Shown here: in pieces, positions 45,477 to 56,000 of the stretch
How the letters are laid out: each line of letters starts with the position of its first letter
Position numbering within the stretch: position 1 is the first letter of the stretch
IMG/VR virus record: IMGVR_UViG_3300017757_000006
Location: 1-59,275 of that record
DNA: 59,275 bases
Direction: 5' to 3' (one strand)
From: a virus
Lineage: Duplodnaviria; Caudoviricetes
Position numbers and translations under genes: made by a program
Notes under the pieces: generated by a model
The model's database searches: none
What the model was told of the DNA's origin: nothing
Seen by the model: only the letters and a program-made list of their open reading frames with translations

Positions 45477-47005
45477 TATCTATCTCCTGTTTCTGGATCG
45501 TTGTTTGCAAACATACCATCGTCTGCACCCATTTCGTCATCTCCGCCCTCACCTTCATCTTTGATTTGAGCGTCAATGTCACTTATCTCCTCATCAGTCA
45601 TACGAAGAATTTGTTTCTTAACGTACTCTTGTGAGAAGTATGTTCCTACATAAGATTCGATTTGTCCAAGCATATCCAATCTTTCTCTAAGTATTTCTGC
45701 ATTCTTTAACTCTGCAAAGTGTCCGTCTTGTAGGAAGTCGAACTGAATATGTTCTTTGAATGTATCCCACTCTTCTAGTGCAATAACACCTTTGAGTAGA
45801 AGTTGTGTCTTGAGCATATCTGCAAAAAGCATTGTAAACTTCTTACGAAGTCTTTGTACAAACTTAGTAAATTTAAGTTCGTCACGAGTAATGTTATCAG
45901 AACGTCCAATCTGAAATCCTGACTCTTCTGCAAGTCTGGATACTGGTACGTTCAATGAGCGATATAATTTTTTCTGGAAGTATGTGATATCATCAATCTC
46001 ACCAAGGTTTGAACCGCCCGGCAAAGTTGTAATCTCTGTACCTCTACCACCTTCTCTACGAGGCAACCAGAAGTCTTCCAACATTGACATATGATTTCTA
46101 TCATCTCTAATTTCACCAGTTCGTGCATCGTAAACCATTTTGTTTCGATAACGATTCATCACATCTTTTAGATATGATTCTGCTTTCATCTTTGGTAAGT
46201 TACCAACGTCAATATAAAATATACGTCTTTCAGGCGCACGAGAGATACGATAGATAACTAAAGAGTCCTCAATCATACGCAACTGATTGACAGGTTTAAT
46301 TGCTTTGTTTAGGTGGGAAAGGACTGTTCCTTTATGCATATCAACAAGTCCAGAAGGGCAATAACTGATAGAGTCTTCAGTAATCTTTACGCCTTGTGTT
46401 GAACCTTGTTGTGTATCCCAACCTGATTGATTAAACAGATAATAGTTTTTAATATCTGTAACGATATCTATACCTGTCTTTTGATCTTTATCTTTTTTAG
46501 TCTCTCTGACTTTTTTAATCTTACGAGGGTCGATATATCGAACTTCTTTGATGCCCTTGCGAGGGTTCTTAGTGTCGATTACTTTGTGATAGTATACTCT
46601 ACCATCAACATACCAACGTCTAAAGATGTCATGTCCCTTTGCATTAAAATCTAATAGGTGTAGGATTTCATGGAATTCCTCACGAATTTTTGTTTTAATT
46701 TTAGGGGAGACTTTAAGACGATCAAGAGAGATGGATACTGACATATCCCTCTCATCTGAAACGATTGCTTCGTTTACAATATCTTCAATCGCACTATCAC
46801 ACTCTGGTTGTTGTGCAATGTCACGATATCTTTTAATTAATTCAAGTTCACTTTTATCACGACCATCCAAATCTAGGACAGACGCATAATGTCCACCGCC
46901 CGAAATTACATCAAGGGTGCCATCGTCAGAAGCGGGGGCGGTGAATCCATCACCGCCTCCGTCCTGATTTGCTCTTGTAATTTTGAAACCAAAGAGTTCC
47001 GCCAT
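45476..47005 (-). CDS. gp20: portal protein
   Basis: FRRWYVDGR, RAPERRIFYIDVGN, EDFWLPRREG, LNVP. Confidence 0.98.
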   Translation of the reverse strand: MAELFGFKITRANQDGGGDGFTAPASDDGTLDVISGGGHYASVLDLDGRDKSELELIKRYRDIAQQPECDSAIEDIVNEAIVSDERDMSVSISLDRLKVSPKIKTKIREEFHEILHLLDFNAKGHDIFRRWYVDGRVYYHKVIDTKNPRKGIKEVRYIDPRKIKKVRETKKDKDQKTGIDIVTDIKNYYLFNQSGWDTQQGSTQGVKITEDSISYCPSGLVDMHKGTVLSHLNKAIKPVNQLRMIEDSLVIYRISRAPERRIFYIDVGNLPKMKAESYLKDVMNRYRNKMVYDARTGEIRDDRNHMSMLEDFWLPRREGGRGTEITTLPGGSNLGEIDDITYFQKKLYRSLNVPVSRLAEESGFQIGRSDNITRDELKFTKFVQRLRKKFTMLFADMLKTQLLLKGVIALEEWDTFKEHIQFDFLQDGHFAELKNAEILRERLDMLGQIESYVGTYFSQEYVKKQILRMTDEEISDIDAQIKDEGEGGDDEMGADDGMFANNDPETGDR

Positions 47006-47057
47006 ACTATAATTCTCCTAATTTTACCTAACTATTTAGTAGGTTCAAAAAGACGAA

Positions 47058-47585
47058 TTATACAGAGGATGCAGTGAAGTCTGTATATCTCCACGTTACA
47101 TCAAAGGTCTCAACTTCACTTACTGTGTCATAAGACAGTTCAATTGCTGAAATTGCAGTTGGCCAACAGTTCTTCATCTCATAAGATTTGAGGAGATTAT
47201 TATCTCTGTCTAGTTGTTCAACTCTTAACTGCGAATAGTAAAGTGCTGGATCTGTTACACCAGTACTTGTTTCCAAGTCATTGATGCCACTCATCCATTT
47301 TTCAATACCATTACGGATTCTAAAATCAGTTTCGTTAATAACAGTTGTAGTCCACGTTTCGAACTCTCTGTCACCAGCAAGATACAAAGTTCTACCCCTA
47401 AAAGGAATAGGAACTTCTGTAATTGTTTGTCCTGGCAAACTTGATGCCTTAATCAAGAAAGAGTCGCCCGCAGGCTGCAAACCTGTTGCAATTGACGGAG
47501 TATTCAAAAATACTCTGAACTGGTTAGCACGAGCACCGCCACCGGCGATGTTCGCTTTGAAGTCATTAATATTTGCTGTTGTCAT
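47058..47585 (-). CDS. gp19: tail tube protein
   Basis: GGARANQF, LPG, FRGR, GDREF.TW, WPT. Confidence 0.95.
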   Translation of the reverse strand: MTTANINDFKANIAGGGARANQFRVFLNTPSIATGLQPAGDSFLIKASSLPGQTITEVPIPFRGRTLYLAGDREFETWTTTVINETDFRIRNGIEKWMSGINDLETSTGVTDPALYYSQLRVEQLDRDNNLLKSYEMKNCWPTAISAIELSYDTVSEVETFDVTWRYTDFTASSV

Positions 47586-47596
47586 TGTTTTTCTCC

Positions 47597-49756
47597 TTAA
47601 CCGCCTACCTCACTAAACGATACGCCAGTTCTTACGGCAATAAAGCTTAGTGTGATAAAGTTAATTGAGCGAGCAGGTTTGATGTAGATATCTGCAACAA
47701 ACTCGTTTCTATCAATAACTTCACCTGTGTTATTTCTTTCATCACAGACTACTGAGAAGTCTGTAATACCTCTACGTCCCTGTACATCACGCAAGAATGG
47801 TTCAACCATATTTCTGAACTGAGCCTGTGTGAATGCATCGTTGAATTCAAACAACTGATACTTTGCAGCAGTAGCGATTGACTTCTCAAGAACAAGGAAC
47901 AATCTACGGACGTTAATCCTATCGAATGCACTTGGTCTAGACAACGCAGTTTTGTCACCAAAGAGAACTGTACCTTGGCCTGGGAATGTGACAATTGGAT
48001 TGACACGAGCAGGATAAAGAATATCTCTTTGTGGTTTAGTTGGGTTGTATGCAAGTTTAACTGCACCACGAACCTGTCCTCTGTTGTAACCAGCTGGTGA
48101 GAACCAAGGGTCAGCAACATTATCTGTGTTCGCAGCAAGTCCAGCCATATCACCGTTCAAAGGAACGAAGCGATATACGTCTGAGTACTTGTCGTACATA
48201 TACTTGTATCCAGAATCGAATACTGCATATGAGGAACTAGCAAGTCCATCAAAGAAACCTTTGACGTTTGCAGTTTGTGTAGCACCAGAAGTTACACCAA
48301 CAACATCTGCCCTACGAGGGGAGATGAATGCAACCATATCTTTTCTTGACTCTGCAAGGTCGATAATTGCAACAGCGTGTGCAGTTCCGTCTGTACCAGC
48401 AGGAGTTGATCCTGCCATTATGAGGTTAACATCAACTGTTTCAGTATCAGCAAACTGGTCATAAGCAGCTGTTAGTTCACCTACAGATGCAGCAAAATCA
48501 TCTTGTCCGATTGACAATGTGTCAACGTGTGGAAGATGTTGAGCATCAAACACTTTATCAGTACCAGCAGATGTAAGGGCAGTACCCCAATCTGTTGCGC
48601 CAGTAGCAGGGTGATCCATCCACCAAATGTGAGTAGAACTTACATTTACTTTATTTGGATAGAAGTTAGTTCCACCTTGTGGTGTTTTAGCATTTGGATG
48701 CTTTGACAAGAATGCGTGTGTTTCGATAACAGCGTTACCTCTGTTTCCAGCAACATCAATGTCGTAACCAGTGATTGCACCAGTTGTGTCATATACTACA
48801 ACGTGAAGTTCGTCTTCAGCAGTAGATAGTCCTTGTGAAACAGCCCAAGCAGATGTGCCTGGCGCAGAATCGAACAAGTCATAGAATCTCCAACGTCTAC
48901 GGATAACTGTATCATCTGCAATTGCAGAAAGTAAACCGCCACCATTTGGATTGTCTAGTTGACGAATAGTAAGGTTGTGACTACTAATCGAAGTAACTTC
49001 ATACTGAGCGCCTGATTCTTCTTGGAAGAACAGGATATCGCCTACAGAAAACTCTGAACCGTCATCAACAGTAACTATTGTAACACCAGCAGCTTTTGCA
49101 CCATTAATCTTGTTGTCAGCAGGCATAGTTTGTTCGTATGCTTCAGCAGAAGCACAAACAGATACACCAAGTGCGTTACCCCATGCGCCTGGATACTTGG
49201 AAGCCCAAGAACCTACTGAACCAGAACCATCTGCATAGTTATCGTCATAGAATTGGTCGTTTGTTATTTTAAGTCCTAGTTTAACTACTACGTTATTTGA
49301 ACCAGAAGCGGGTGCTGAACCAAATGTAATTGTAGTCGAACCATTGACTGTAAAGTTAGTTGTTTTGACGCCTGCAATTGTTACTTCTAATAGGTCTGCA
49401 TCAGATACCGCATTCGACATTGTAAATGCTGTAGTTGATCCATTTCCGCTGAAAGTTCCGATTGTGGCACCACCGTTTGCTACAGCGTTACGTGCTCCGT
49501 TGTTCACACGAACAACACGAAGTGCATTACCGTAGTCTAGAAAGTTAGCGGCAGTGAACCATGTTTCAAAGTTACTTGAATTTGGTTTACCGAAGAACTG
49601 AACAAGTTCCTTCTCACTTCCAACTGGTATGATTTCATCCATCGGGCCATTTTCGGCCACGATGGCAACGCCACCAATTGATGTTGCGAGAGCTGGAACA
49701 ACATTAGTCAGATCAACCTCTTTTACGAGTACGCCAGGTGATACTTGAAATGCCAT
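47597..49756 (-). CDS. gp18: tail sheath protein
   Basis: SPGV, YPGAWGN, PWFSPAG..RG, FDRINVRRLF, IKPARSINFI. Confidence 0.97.
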   Translation of the reverse strand: MAFQVSPGVLVKEVDLTNVVPALATSIGGVAIVAENGPMDEIIPVGSEKELVQFFGKPNSSNFETWFTAANFLDYGNALRVVRVNNGARNAVANGGATIGTFSGNGSTTAFTMSNAVSDADLLEVTIAGVKTTNFTVNGSTTITFGSAPASGSNNVVVKLGLKITNDQFYDDNYADGSGSVGSWASKYPGAWGNALGVSVCASAEAYEQTMPADNKINGAKAAGVTIVTVDDGSEFSVGDILFFQEESGAQYEVTSISSHNLTIRQLDNPNGGGLLSAIADDTVIRRRWRFYDLFDSAPGTSAWAVSQGLSTAEDELHVVVYDTTGAITGYDIDVAGNRGNAVIETHAFLSKHPNAKTPQGGTNFYPNKVNVSSTHIWWMDHPATGATDWGTALTSAGTDKVFDAQHLPHVDTLSIGQDDFAASVGELTAAYDQFADTETVDVNLIMAGSTPAGTDGTAHAVAIIDLAESRKDMVAFISPRRADVVGVTSGATQTANVKGFFDGLASSSYAVFDSGYKYMYDKYSDVYRFVPLNGDMAGLAANTDNVADPWFSPAGYNRGQVRGAVKLAYNPTKPQRDILYPARVNPIVTFPGQGTVLFGDKTALSRPSAFDRINVRRLFLVLEKSIATAAKYQLFEFNDAFTQAQFRNMVEPFLRDVQGRRGITDFSVVCDERNNTGEVIDRNEFVADIYIKPARSINFITLSFIAVRTGVSFSEVGG

Positions 49757-49814
49757 CTCTTTTTTCTCCTTTGTGGATTATTCAATAATTTAGTTATTTT
49801 CAAACTTACGAATA

Positions 49815-49822
49815 TATTTATA
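49815..49822 (-). promoter_or_regulatory. T4-type late promoter for gp18
   Basis: exact TATAAATA. Confidence 0.85.
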
Positions 49823-49878
49823 AAAAACCAAGTCTACACTTTTGTCTTTTATAGGTTCTGCGGCACATAAATAATACT

Positions 49879-50178
49879 ATGTCGGAACACTATCAGAAAT
49901 ACAAAGATACCATTAAAAGGGTATCACAACGCAATTATAGGGCTCGCAAGATATGGGTTAATGAATATCTTGGGGAAAAGTCCTGTCATTACTGTGGTGA
50001 ATCTGAAACCGCCTGTCTCCAGTTTTATCCTCACGAGAAGGATATTCGTAGACTAACCAAAAGAAAAGGCTTGAACGAAGAGTCTAGGACTGAGGTTAGA
50101 GGTCTAATCAACATGTCCAAGGTAGTCTGTGCAAACTGTTTCCTTAAACTAGAAAACGATATTATTGATATTATGTAG
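49879..50178 (+). CDS. HNH-like zinc-finger protein, probably catalytically degenerate
   Basis: CHYCGE...CLQF...VVCANC; only credible plus-strand gene; CATAAATA 5 nt upstream of ATG. Confidence 0.75.
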   Translation: MSEHYQKYKDTIKRVSQRNYRARKIWVNEYLGEKSCHYCGESETACLQFYPHEKDIRRLTKRKGLNEESRTEVRGLINMSKVVCANCFLKLENDIIDIM

Positions 50179-50192
50179 GGTTTTTGATATCT

Positions 50193-51842
50193 CTACCAAT
50201 CTGAGTCATAACTACGCACCACTGGACTCCAGCGTGTACCATACTCATCTATAATGGTTTCTCCATATGGAGACTGTAATCCATCGTCCATAAATCCAAA
50301 TGGAGCCATGTCCTGTTCTAGTTGATTCTGTTGTTCTGAATACATTCTAGCACGAATATCATCGTCTGTCAACTCTTTGAAATATGTTTGTTGTACCAAC
50401 CATCCGAATATAACACAACACATTGCTAAGTCATCTGAATGTCCATCTTCTGCTTCGTAGGACTGTCCTTTCAATATAAAGGTAGACCACTCGTTGATTA
50501 GTTCATAATCATTGACAATAAGTTTGTCTGATTCAATAATTTGTTTAATATTAGAACAACCCATCTTTTTGACGGCCTTTGTTGTTCTTACCCCCAACTG
50601 CGCTTTACCACCACTGAAGCCACCCCCAACGACTTGTCCCGCTCGACCTCGCATGCTTGCCATTATAAGGTTCTCATACTCCAAGTCAAACTGTAGAGCA
50701 GTTGCAACCTGTTCACCTATATCATTTACCTCAACTAAGACGTAAGCTTGATTATAAGCGTTAGCAACATCGTAAATGATGTTAGGGTATAGTAGTGGTT
50801 TAATCTCGTTATTACGGTACTTTGCAACAATCTTATAGGGTACTGTTGTTACGTCAAATACAATAAAAGCAGAGTAATCATTACTCGTACCCCTAGCAAC
50901 ATCTGCAATAATAACGTATGTGTTATTTGGTTCTGGACGTTCATGCATGTCCAACCCAGCATTTGATTGTATAGGGTTGTGGAAAGCCATCGTTTTAATC
51001 TTAGCAGGGTGTATTAGTGTGTTAGCAGAACCTAAGAACTCACACTCAAACTCTCGTTGAAATTGTTCTAAGGATGTGTTCGCAATAGTCTCTTCACGCC
51101 ACTTGTCATCTCTGCCAGGCACTTGACTCCAATGAACATCTACGATATTATATGAGTTGCGTTTATTCTCTGCATCAATCCACAACTTGTAGAACATGTT
51201 CATACCATTTGGAGTTGATACGATAACAACTTTAGTAGACTTACCAGATGATATTGTTGGGTATACCGAACTAAAGAAGTCCTCTGCAACATTCTGTGGA
51301 ACGAATGCAAACTCGTCTAGGAACAGCATATTGTAAGAACCACCACGAACAGCAGATGATGATGTAGATGATGCTACAACACGAGAACCGTTCTCTAAGT
51401 CCACTGAACCCTTGTTCCAAGACACAACTCCTTGTTGTAACCACTTGGGTAGGTTCTCATATGCAAGTTGCAAACGTCCAAGAATATCTCTTGCAGTCGC
51501 AGCTTTGTTAGCGAGAATTGCAACATTCATGTTTGGATTGAATAGGATATAGTGTAACACATATGATACAAGTGTGGTAGATTTACCAGACTGTCGAGGC
51601 AACTTACAGATAGTGAACCTGTCGTTGTGTATTGTGTTTACAATATCTTCTTGGAAATCATAGAGTTCAAAGGGAACTAATCCCTCATCAAGTGATACAA
51701 TTTTGATGTAGTTTTTGATGAAGTATATGGGGTCTTCCATACACTTCTGATACTCTAAAATGTTATCCTTTGTCCAGTTTACAGGGACATTAGATTTTTT
51801 TAGTAGTGGATTTCCAAGGTAGTGTTCATAATTATCAGACAT
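50193..51842 (-). CDS. gp17: terminase large subunit
   Basis: YLGNPLLK, RQSGKST, LDEFAF, STPNG, ADVARG, DDL. Confidence 0.98.
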   Translation of the reverse strand: MSDNYEHYLGNPLLKKSNVPVNWTKDNILEYQKCMEDPIYFIKNYIKIVSLDEGLVPFELYDFQEDIVNTIHNDRFTICKLPRQSGKSTTLVSYVLHYILFNPNMNVAILANKAATARDILGRLQLAYENLPKWLQQGVVSWNKGSVDLENGSRVVASSTSSSAVRGGSYNMLFLDEFAFVPQNVAEDFFSSVYPTISSGKSTKVVIVSTPNGMNMFYKLWIDAENKRNSYNIVDVHWSQVPGRDDKWREETIANTSLEQFQREFECEFLGSANTLIHPAKIKTMAFHNPIQSNAGLDMHERPEPNNTYVIIADVARGTSNDYSAFIVFDVTTVPYKIVAKYRNNEIKPLLYPNIIYDVANAYNQAYVLVEVNDIGEQVATALQFDLEYENLIMASMRGRAGQVVGGGFSGGKAQLGVRTTKAVKKMGCSNIKQIIESDKLIVNDYELINEWSTFILKGQSYEAEDGHSDDLAMCCVIFGWLVQQTYFKELTDDDIRARMYSEQQNQLEQDMAPFGFMDDGLQSPYGETIIDEYGTRWSPVVRSYDSDW

Positions 51843-51850
51843 ATCATAAC

Positions 51851-52024
51851 TTAATCTGCGGCAGCGATAGTTAAATCTCCTGCCTCTACTTGTCTCAGAA
51901 TTTCTGCATAGTGTGTGTTAGCAGGGTCTAAAGGCACTAACCAATCAACACCATCTATAGTACATTTTACACAAGAATTCTTTCCATCCAAATCTTTAGA
52001 GTATTTTGCATTTGTAATATTCAT
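51851..52024 (-). CDS. 57-aa fibre-associated small protein (not in ORF track), paralogue of 54333-54521
   Basis: MNITNAKY...VPLDPANTHYAEILRQVEAGDLTIAAAD*. Confidence 0.8.
   Translation of the reverse strand: MNITNAKYSKDLDGKNSCVKCTIDGVDWLVPLDPANTHYAEILRQVEAGDLTIAAAD
52002..52024. repeat. 23-bp exact direct repeat, second copy at 54499-54521
   Basis: tattttgcatttgtaatattcat at the 5' ends of both MNITNAKY genes. Confidence 0.85.
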
Positions 52025-52027
52025 TTT

Positions 52028-53149
52028 CTATACCTCCGCTGACATAGCAATTGCGCCTGGAAATAAGATGTGGGGTTTGGAACTCGTAGTCGATGTAATA
52101 GTCGCATCAACCGCCCCTCCTAGAAAAAAACCAGAGCCGGCACCGGCAGATAGACCACCTAAACTAACGAGATTTCTATTTCCAGTTCCAAAATCTTCAA
52201 CTACTCCAGTAGCCGAAACTATACTTAGAGATGGTGAGGCTCTCATTGCTGAGTTACCAGCAAGTCCTAGTCTAACAGCAGTTGTCGTCATTGCATATCC
52301 AGTATTAGTAATATTTAATTGATAGTATCTTTGACAAAGCGAAAGCTCTTCTCCGTATGAACGGTGTTCGAAATTTGTGGCTGCACTGCCAACTTCAATT
52401 TGTAAACCAGTTATTTCACAAGTCGCATCATTTACTGTGTACCAACTTGTAGCAGCTGCACTTGCACCCCAATCATTTGAATCATGAGCTTTCCATGCGT
52501 TTGGTGTACCACCACCAGTATAATTTGTTCCTAGATAAGGCCATAATAACCACTGTAAACCAAGTCCATTATCATTATTGACAGTTACTCCAGAAGCGCC
52601 TGGAATGGTTTTAATTACTTTTGTCCATGTATTTGCTGATAAAGCACCAGTATCCCAATTATAAATTTTAGTTGAATCAGTTGCTCTAAGCGCACCTAAG
52701 AATGTTGTAGCGACACTTGATTTTATCCAGAAAGACATAGTAATATTACTACTAGTAGAAGTTGAATCCCAACCAGAAGTTGCTACGTTTTGTGCTTCAA
52801 TCCCTTGTTCATATTGAATATAATCAGCAGCACCAGCACCACTTGTTTGATTTCCGTTTGTAACTCTGAATGCTTTTCTAAAACCCAATGAATATGGTTG
52901 AGTACCACTTGCAACATCTACTTGTGCTTGCGTTGGTGCCTCGTCAGTACCACTATGAATAAGATTAGTTCTGTCTACTGTTTTCATACCACTGGTTGTT
53001 GATGATGTTCCTCTCTGGGCCACTACAAACGACCCATTGATGATAAGATTTCTACCCATCATGTTCGATGATGTTATATTATGTCCATTTACTGTTGTTG
53101 TATTACCACCAGAAGCATCAACGATTGCGTTTGTTTGAATTGTACTCAT
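52028..53149 (-). CDS. fibre/receptor-binding-like protein with carbohydrate-binding-like domain
   Basis: RNLIINGSFVVAQRGT...LQIEVGS.AT.FEHRSYGEELSLCQRYY. Confidence 0.75.
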   Translation of the reverse strand: MSTIQTNAIVDASGGNTTTVNGHNITSSNMMGRNLIINGSFVVAQRGTSSTTSGMKTVDRTNLIHSGTDEAPTQAQVDVASGTQPYSLGFRKAFRVTNGNQTSGAGAADYIQYEQGIEAQNVATSGWDSTSTSSNITMSFWIKSSVATTFLGALRATDSTKIYNWDTGALSANTWTKVIKTIPGASGVTVNNDNGLGLQWLLWPYLGTNYTGGGTPNAWKAHDSNDWGASAAATSWYTVNDATCEITGLQIEVGSAATNFEHRSYGEELSLCQRYYQLNITNTGYAMTTTAVRLGLAGNSAMRASPSLSIVSATGVVEDFGTGNRNLVSLGGLSAGAGSGFFLGGAVDATITSTTSSKPHILFPGAIAMSAEV

Positions 53150-53496
53150 TATGGTTTCTCCGGCCAAGTCACATCATCTAACGATGTTGCGCTTTTTGTA
53201 ATATCTCTAAGTGCTTGTCTATATGTTTTCATAGCAGAAGGAATGTTTGTTCCCAACTCTTTGTGCATAGTGACAACCCAATCTGTATCTACAAGCTTTT
53301 GATTTCTTTCTTTTCTTACTTCATGTAACTTTTCTTCGGCAGTTAGAGTAACTTCATTAGTTGTGAATTTTGAACCATCATAAGTCCAACCTATTGCAAC
53401 ATTATTATCACAATCTACCCAAGACATAGACGAATGAACTTCAAATCCACTTTTGTGTAAATCTACAACTTTACCATCTAGAATAAGCGCTTTCAT
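53149..53496 (-). CDS. tail fibre assembly chaperone-like protein
   Basis: IGWTYDG; RKERNQKLVDTDW...YRQALRDIT...WP. Confidence 0.8.
   Translation of the reverse strand: MKALILDGKVVDLHKSGFEVHSSMSWVDCDNNVAIGWTYDGSKFTTNEVTLTAEEKLHEVRKERNQKLVDTDWVVTMHKELGTNIPSAMKTYRQALRDITKSATSLDDVTWPEKP
53162..53223. repeat. 62-bp imperfect direct repeat, second copy at 56435-56496
   Basis: both encode YRQALRDITxSATSLDDVTWP; ggccaagtcacatc is identical. Confidence 0.8.
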
Positions 53497-54302
53497 TATG
53501 CATACTCCTCAATATAAATTATGCCAATTTTTCCAGCACCACCGTTACCAAAAGCACCACTACTGCCTGAATGGCCACCACCACCACCGCCAGAACCATA
53601 TGCTCTACCAGCTTCACCATGCAATCCTGCTTGATCATCACGACCACCAGCTGAGCCAGTACCACCGCCGCCCCAGAATGATGCACCACCTATTGCACCA
53701 CGAGGTTGATCAGCAGTAGTACCTCCACCTTGAGATTGTCCTTGACCGCCGGCAATATTAATTACACCACCAGAACCAACGCCAGGCTGTGCTCTTGGTT
53801 GGGTGCCACCTTCTTGTTTACCACCTTCACCACCAGTTGCTGAACAATAAGAACCAAAGGAAGAAGATGAACCAGCATTACCAGCAGAACCATTTCCAGC
53901 AGTAACAGTTGCGCCTCCAGAGCCAACTGTCACAGTCACAGTAGAAATTCCAGATGCGTCAATAATATCAATTGCAGTACCACCAGCAGCTCCACCACCG
54001 TTGTAGTTATATGTACCTTTACCTTCACCACCACTACCTCCGCCGCCAGTGCAAATAACTTTTAGTTTGGTAATACCAGATGGTTTCGTATATGTTCCAC
54101 TTGAAGTAAATACTTGAACAGATTTTAAGCCACCATGTCCAGCAGCTAACATTGTTGGACTTACTGTAGCACTGTCACCAGTTGTAACAATGTTACCAGC
54201 AGCATCTGGAATATTCAGAGTTCTGTTCGTATTTGTATTAGGACTGGCAATGGTAATACTACCAGTTCCACTTGCATTTGGTTGTAGGACAATGTTACTC
54301 AT
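53496..54302 (-). CDS. glycine-rich fibre protein
   Basis: VQVFTSSGTYTKPSG, GGGGSGG, many GGxG repeats, ends IIYIEEY. Confidence 0.75.
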   Translation of the reverse strand: MSNIVLQPNASGTGSITIASPNTNTNRTLNIPDAAGNIVTTGDSATVSPTMLAAGHGGLKSVQVFTSSGTYTKPSGITKLKVICTGGGGSGGEGKGTYNYNGGGAAGGTAIDIIDASGISTVTVTVGSGGATVTAGNGSAGNAGSSSSFGSYCSATGGEGGKQEGGTQPRAQPGVGSGGVINIAGGQGQSQGGGTTADQPRGAIGGASFWGGGGTGSAGGRDDQAGLHGEAGRAYGSGGGGGGHSGSSGAFGNGGAGKIGIIYIEEYA

Positions 54303-54332
54303 TTATATCTTTTCCTATTTTCTTTATACTAT

Positions 54333-54521
54333 TTAGTCTGCATCTGCAATGGTTAATTCTTTAGCTTCTACTTGTTTTAGAATTTCTATATAATCTGTAT
54401 TCTCTATATCTTTTGGTACACTAGATGCTACACCATTAATGGTACATGAAATTGCAATGATATCATCTGTTGCTTCACCATTAACCATATCTTTTATATA
54501 TTTTGCATTTGTAATATTCAT
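54333..54521 (-). CDS. fibre-associated small protein
   Basis: MNITNAKY...VPKDIENTDYIEILKQVEAKELTIADAD. Confidence 0.8.
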   Translation of the reverse strand: MNITNAKYIKDMVNGEATDDIIAISCTINGVASSVPKDIENTDYIEILKQVEAKELTIADAD

Positions 54522-54533
54522 ATCAAATAATCC

Positions 54534-55610
54534 TTAATAATCTGCGTGAAAAATACACTGTGATAACGCACTGGGGCCAATATTTACAGCATAGTTATTG
54601 GTAAATGAACTAGAAGGAAAACCAGCTACTCGCAGTGCAATAAAACCATGTGTCGTCCCATGTCTAGTTACAGTCGCTACATTGGAAGACGTTACCATTG
54701 CTCCAGCAGGTCTAAAAGCTCTCCATCCTGTTCCACTGTGACTTATGGTTGGACTTACTCTTAATGGAACTGCAAGCGGCCAACCAAAGTCAATTTGTGT
54801 GCTGCCCTGTCCCTTTCCAGCAAAAATTAATGCATCTCCAGACTCACTCCAAACTTGACAATACCTTTGACATAAATGAAGTTGTTCACTAAATGATAAT
54901 CTCTCAAACGGTGTAGCTTCTGTGCCTATTTCCATTTGAATATTTGTAATATCAATATTACCATCTCGTACTTTATTTGAACCCTGATTAGTTGACCAAT
55001 AAAATAAAACAGACCAGTAATTAACTGATCCGATTGTTTTACTACTGAAATCTACAGCATCGTAAGTGTGTGTAAATTTTGTCCATGAGGTAGTAACAGG
55101 AACATCTACAAATCCACTATATTCGGTAGATGAACTGCCATAATAATATTCTCTTCTTAATTGAAAGGTTGTAGCAGTATTAGCCTTAACCATAAATGAT
55201 ACAGTTACTTGTTTATTACTAAACTGTTCTATGCCTTCTATTGCTTGTCTTGAATAAACTGTAGCACTAGTACCAGCAGTACCAGCAGTAGTAGCTCTTA
55301 AAAATTTAGGTGCATCTACACCATCGTGTCCAGCATGTTGTTGACTTAATGCTAATGTTCCACCAGCACTAAAACATGCACTAAACAGTCTATCTATAGT
55401 ATGATAACCAGATTGACCGTTTGAATATGTGTGTGAAGTTCCTCTTTGAGCTATTTGGAAGTCTCCATTCATAAAACGGTTTCTACGTCCAAGATTTACT
55501 GTATCAGCAATCTTTGGGGGAGTGATTGCATCTGTAGCAATATCTGCCGTTCCGATTGAACCGTCTTGTACTTTGTCAATCCCTGTTGTTCCGTTAATTA
55601 CTACAGCCAT
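54534..55610 (-). CDS. fibre/receptor-binding-like protein, paralogue of 52028-53149
   Basis: RNRFMNGDFQIAQRGT...QMEIGTEATPFE...LHLCQRY. Confidence 0.75.
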   Translation of the reverse strand: MAVVINGTTGIDKVQDGSIGTADIATDAITPPKIADTVNLGRRNRFMNGDFQIAQRGTSHTYSNGQSGYHTIDRLFSACFSAGGTLALSQQHAGHDGVDAPKFLRATTAGTAGTSATVYSRQAIEGIEQFSNKQVTVSFMVKANTATTFQLRREYYYGSSSTEYSGFVDVPVTTSWTKFTHTYDAVDFSSKTIGSVNYWSVLFYWSTNQGSNKVRDGNIDITNIQMEIGTEATPFERLSFSEQLHLCQRYCQVWSESGDALIFAGKGQGSTQIDFGWPLAVPLRVSPTISHSGTGWRAFRPAGAMVTSSNVATVTRHGTTHGFIALRVAGFPSSSFTNNYAVNIGPSALSQCIFHADY

Positions 55611-55999
55611 TATACTACCACCCATCTTGCGCCAGAAGGTACGGTAACTGTCACACCACTATTCACAGTGAGAGTACCAGCACTTACGGCATTCTTATTA
55701 GTTGAAATTGTATAGTTGGTTGTCACTGTCTGGTCGTTTTCGATAAACACTTGGTCTGAACCACCACCAGTAGCACCACCACCGACTGCACCCCAAGCAC
55801 TATTTGAATATCCTTCAAATTGGTTTAGAGTGGTATTGAATCTGAACTTACCATCAGCAGCTGTACCTCTTTGTGCAGTTGTACCTTTTGGTAGAGTAAT
55901 AGAGTCTGTACCTGTAAGTACCATGTTACTTGCAAGGTCAGCACTTGTGACTCCACCTCCGTCTGCAATAACACTAGATTTAATTCTTGTCAAGGGCAT
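55610..55999 (-). CDS. short fibre/adaptor protein
   Basis: MPLTRI; LPKGTTAQR...RFNTT..FEGY; GGGATGGGSDQVF..N...VTVTVPSGARWVVV. Confidence 0.7.
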   Translation of the reverse strand: MPLTRIKSSVIADGGGVTSADLASNMVLTGTDSITLPKGTTAQRGTAADGKFRFNTTLNQFEGYSNSAWGAVGGGATGGGSDQVFIENDQTVTTNYTISTNKNAVSAGTLTVNSGVTVTVPSGARWVVV

Positions 56000-56000
56000 A

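Noticed and set aside
2015-51842. Introns or inteins in nrdA, nrdB, gp41, gp43, gp17, gp20
   Set aside because: All frames are continuous and of normal length with no intein-like insertions
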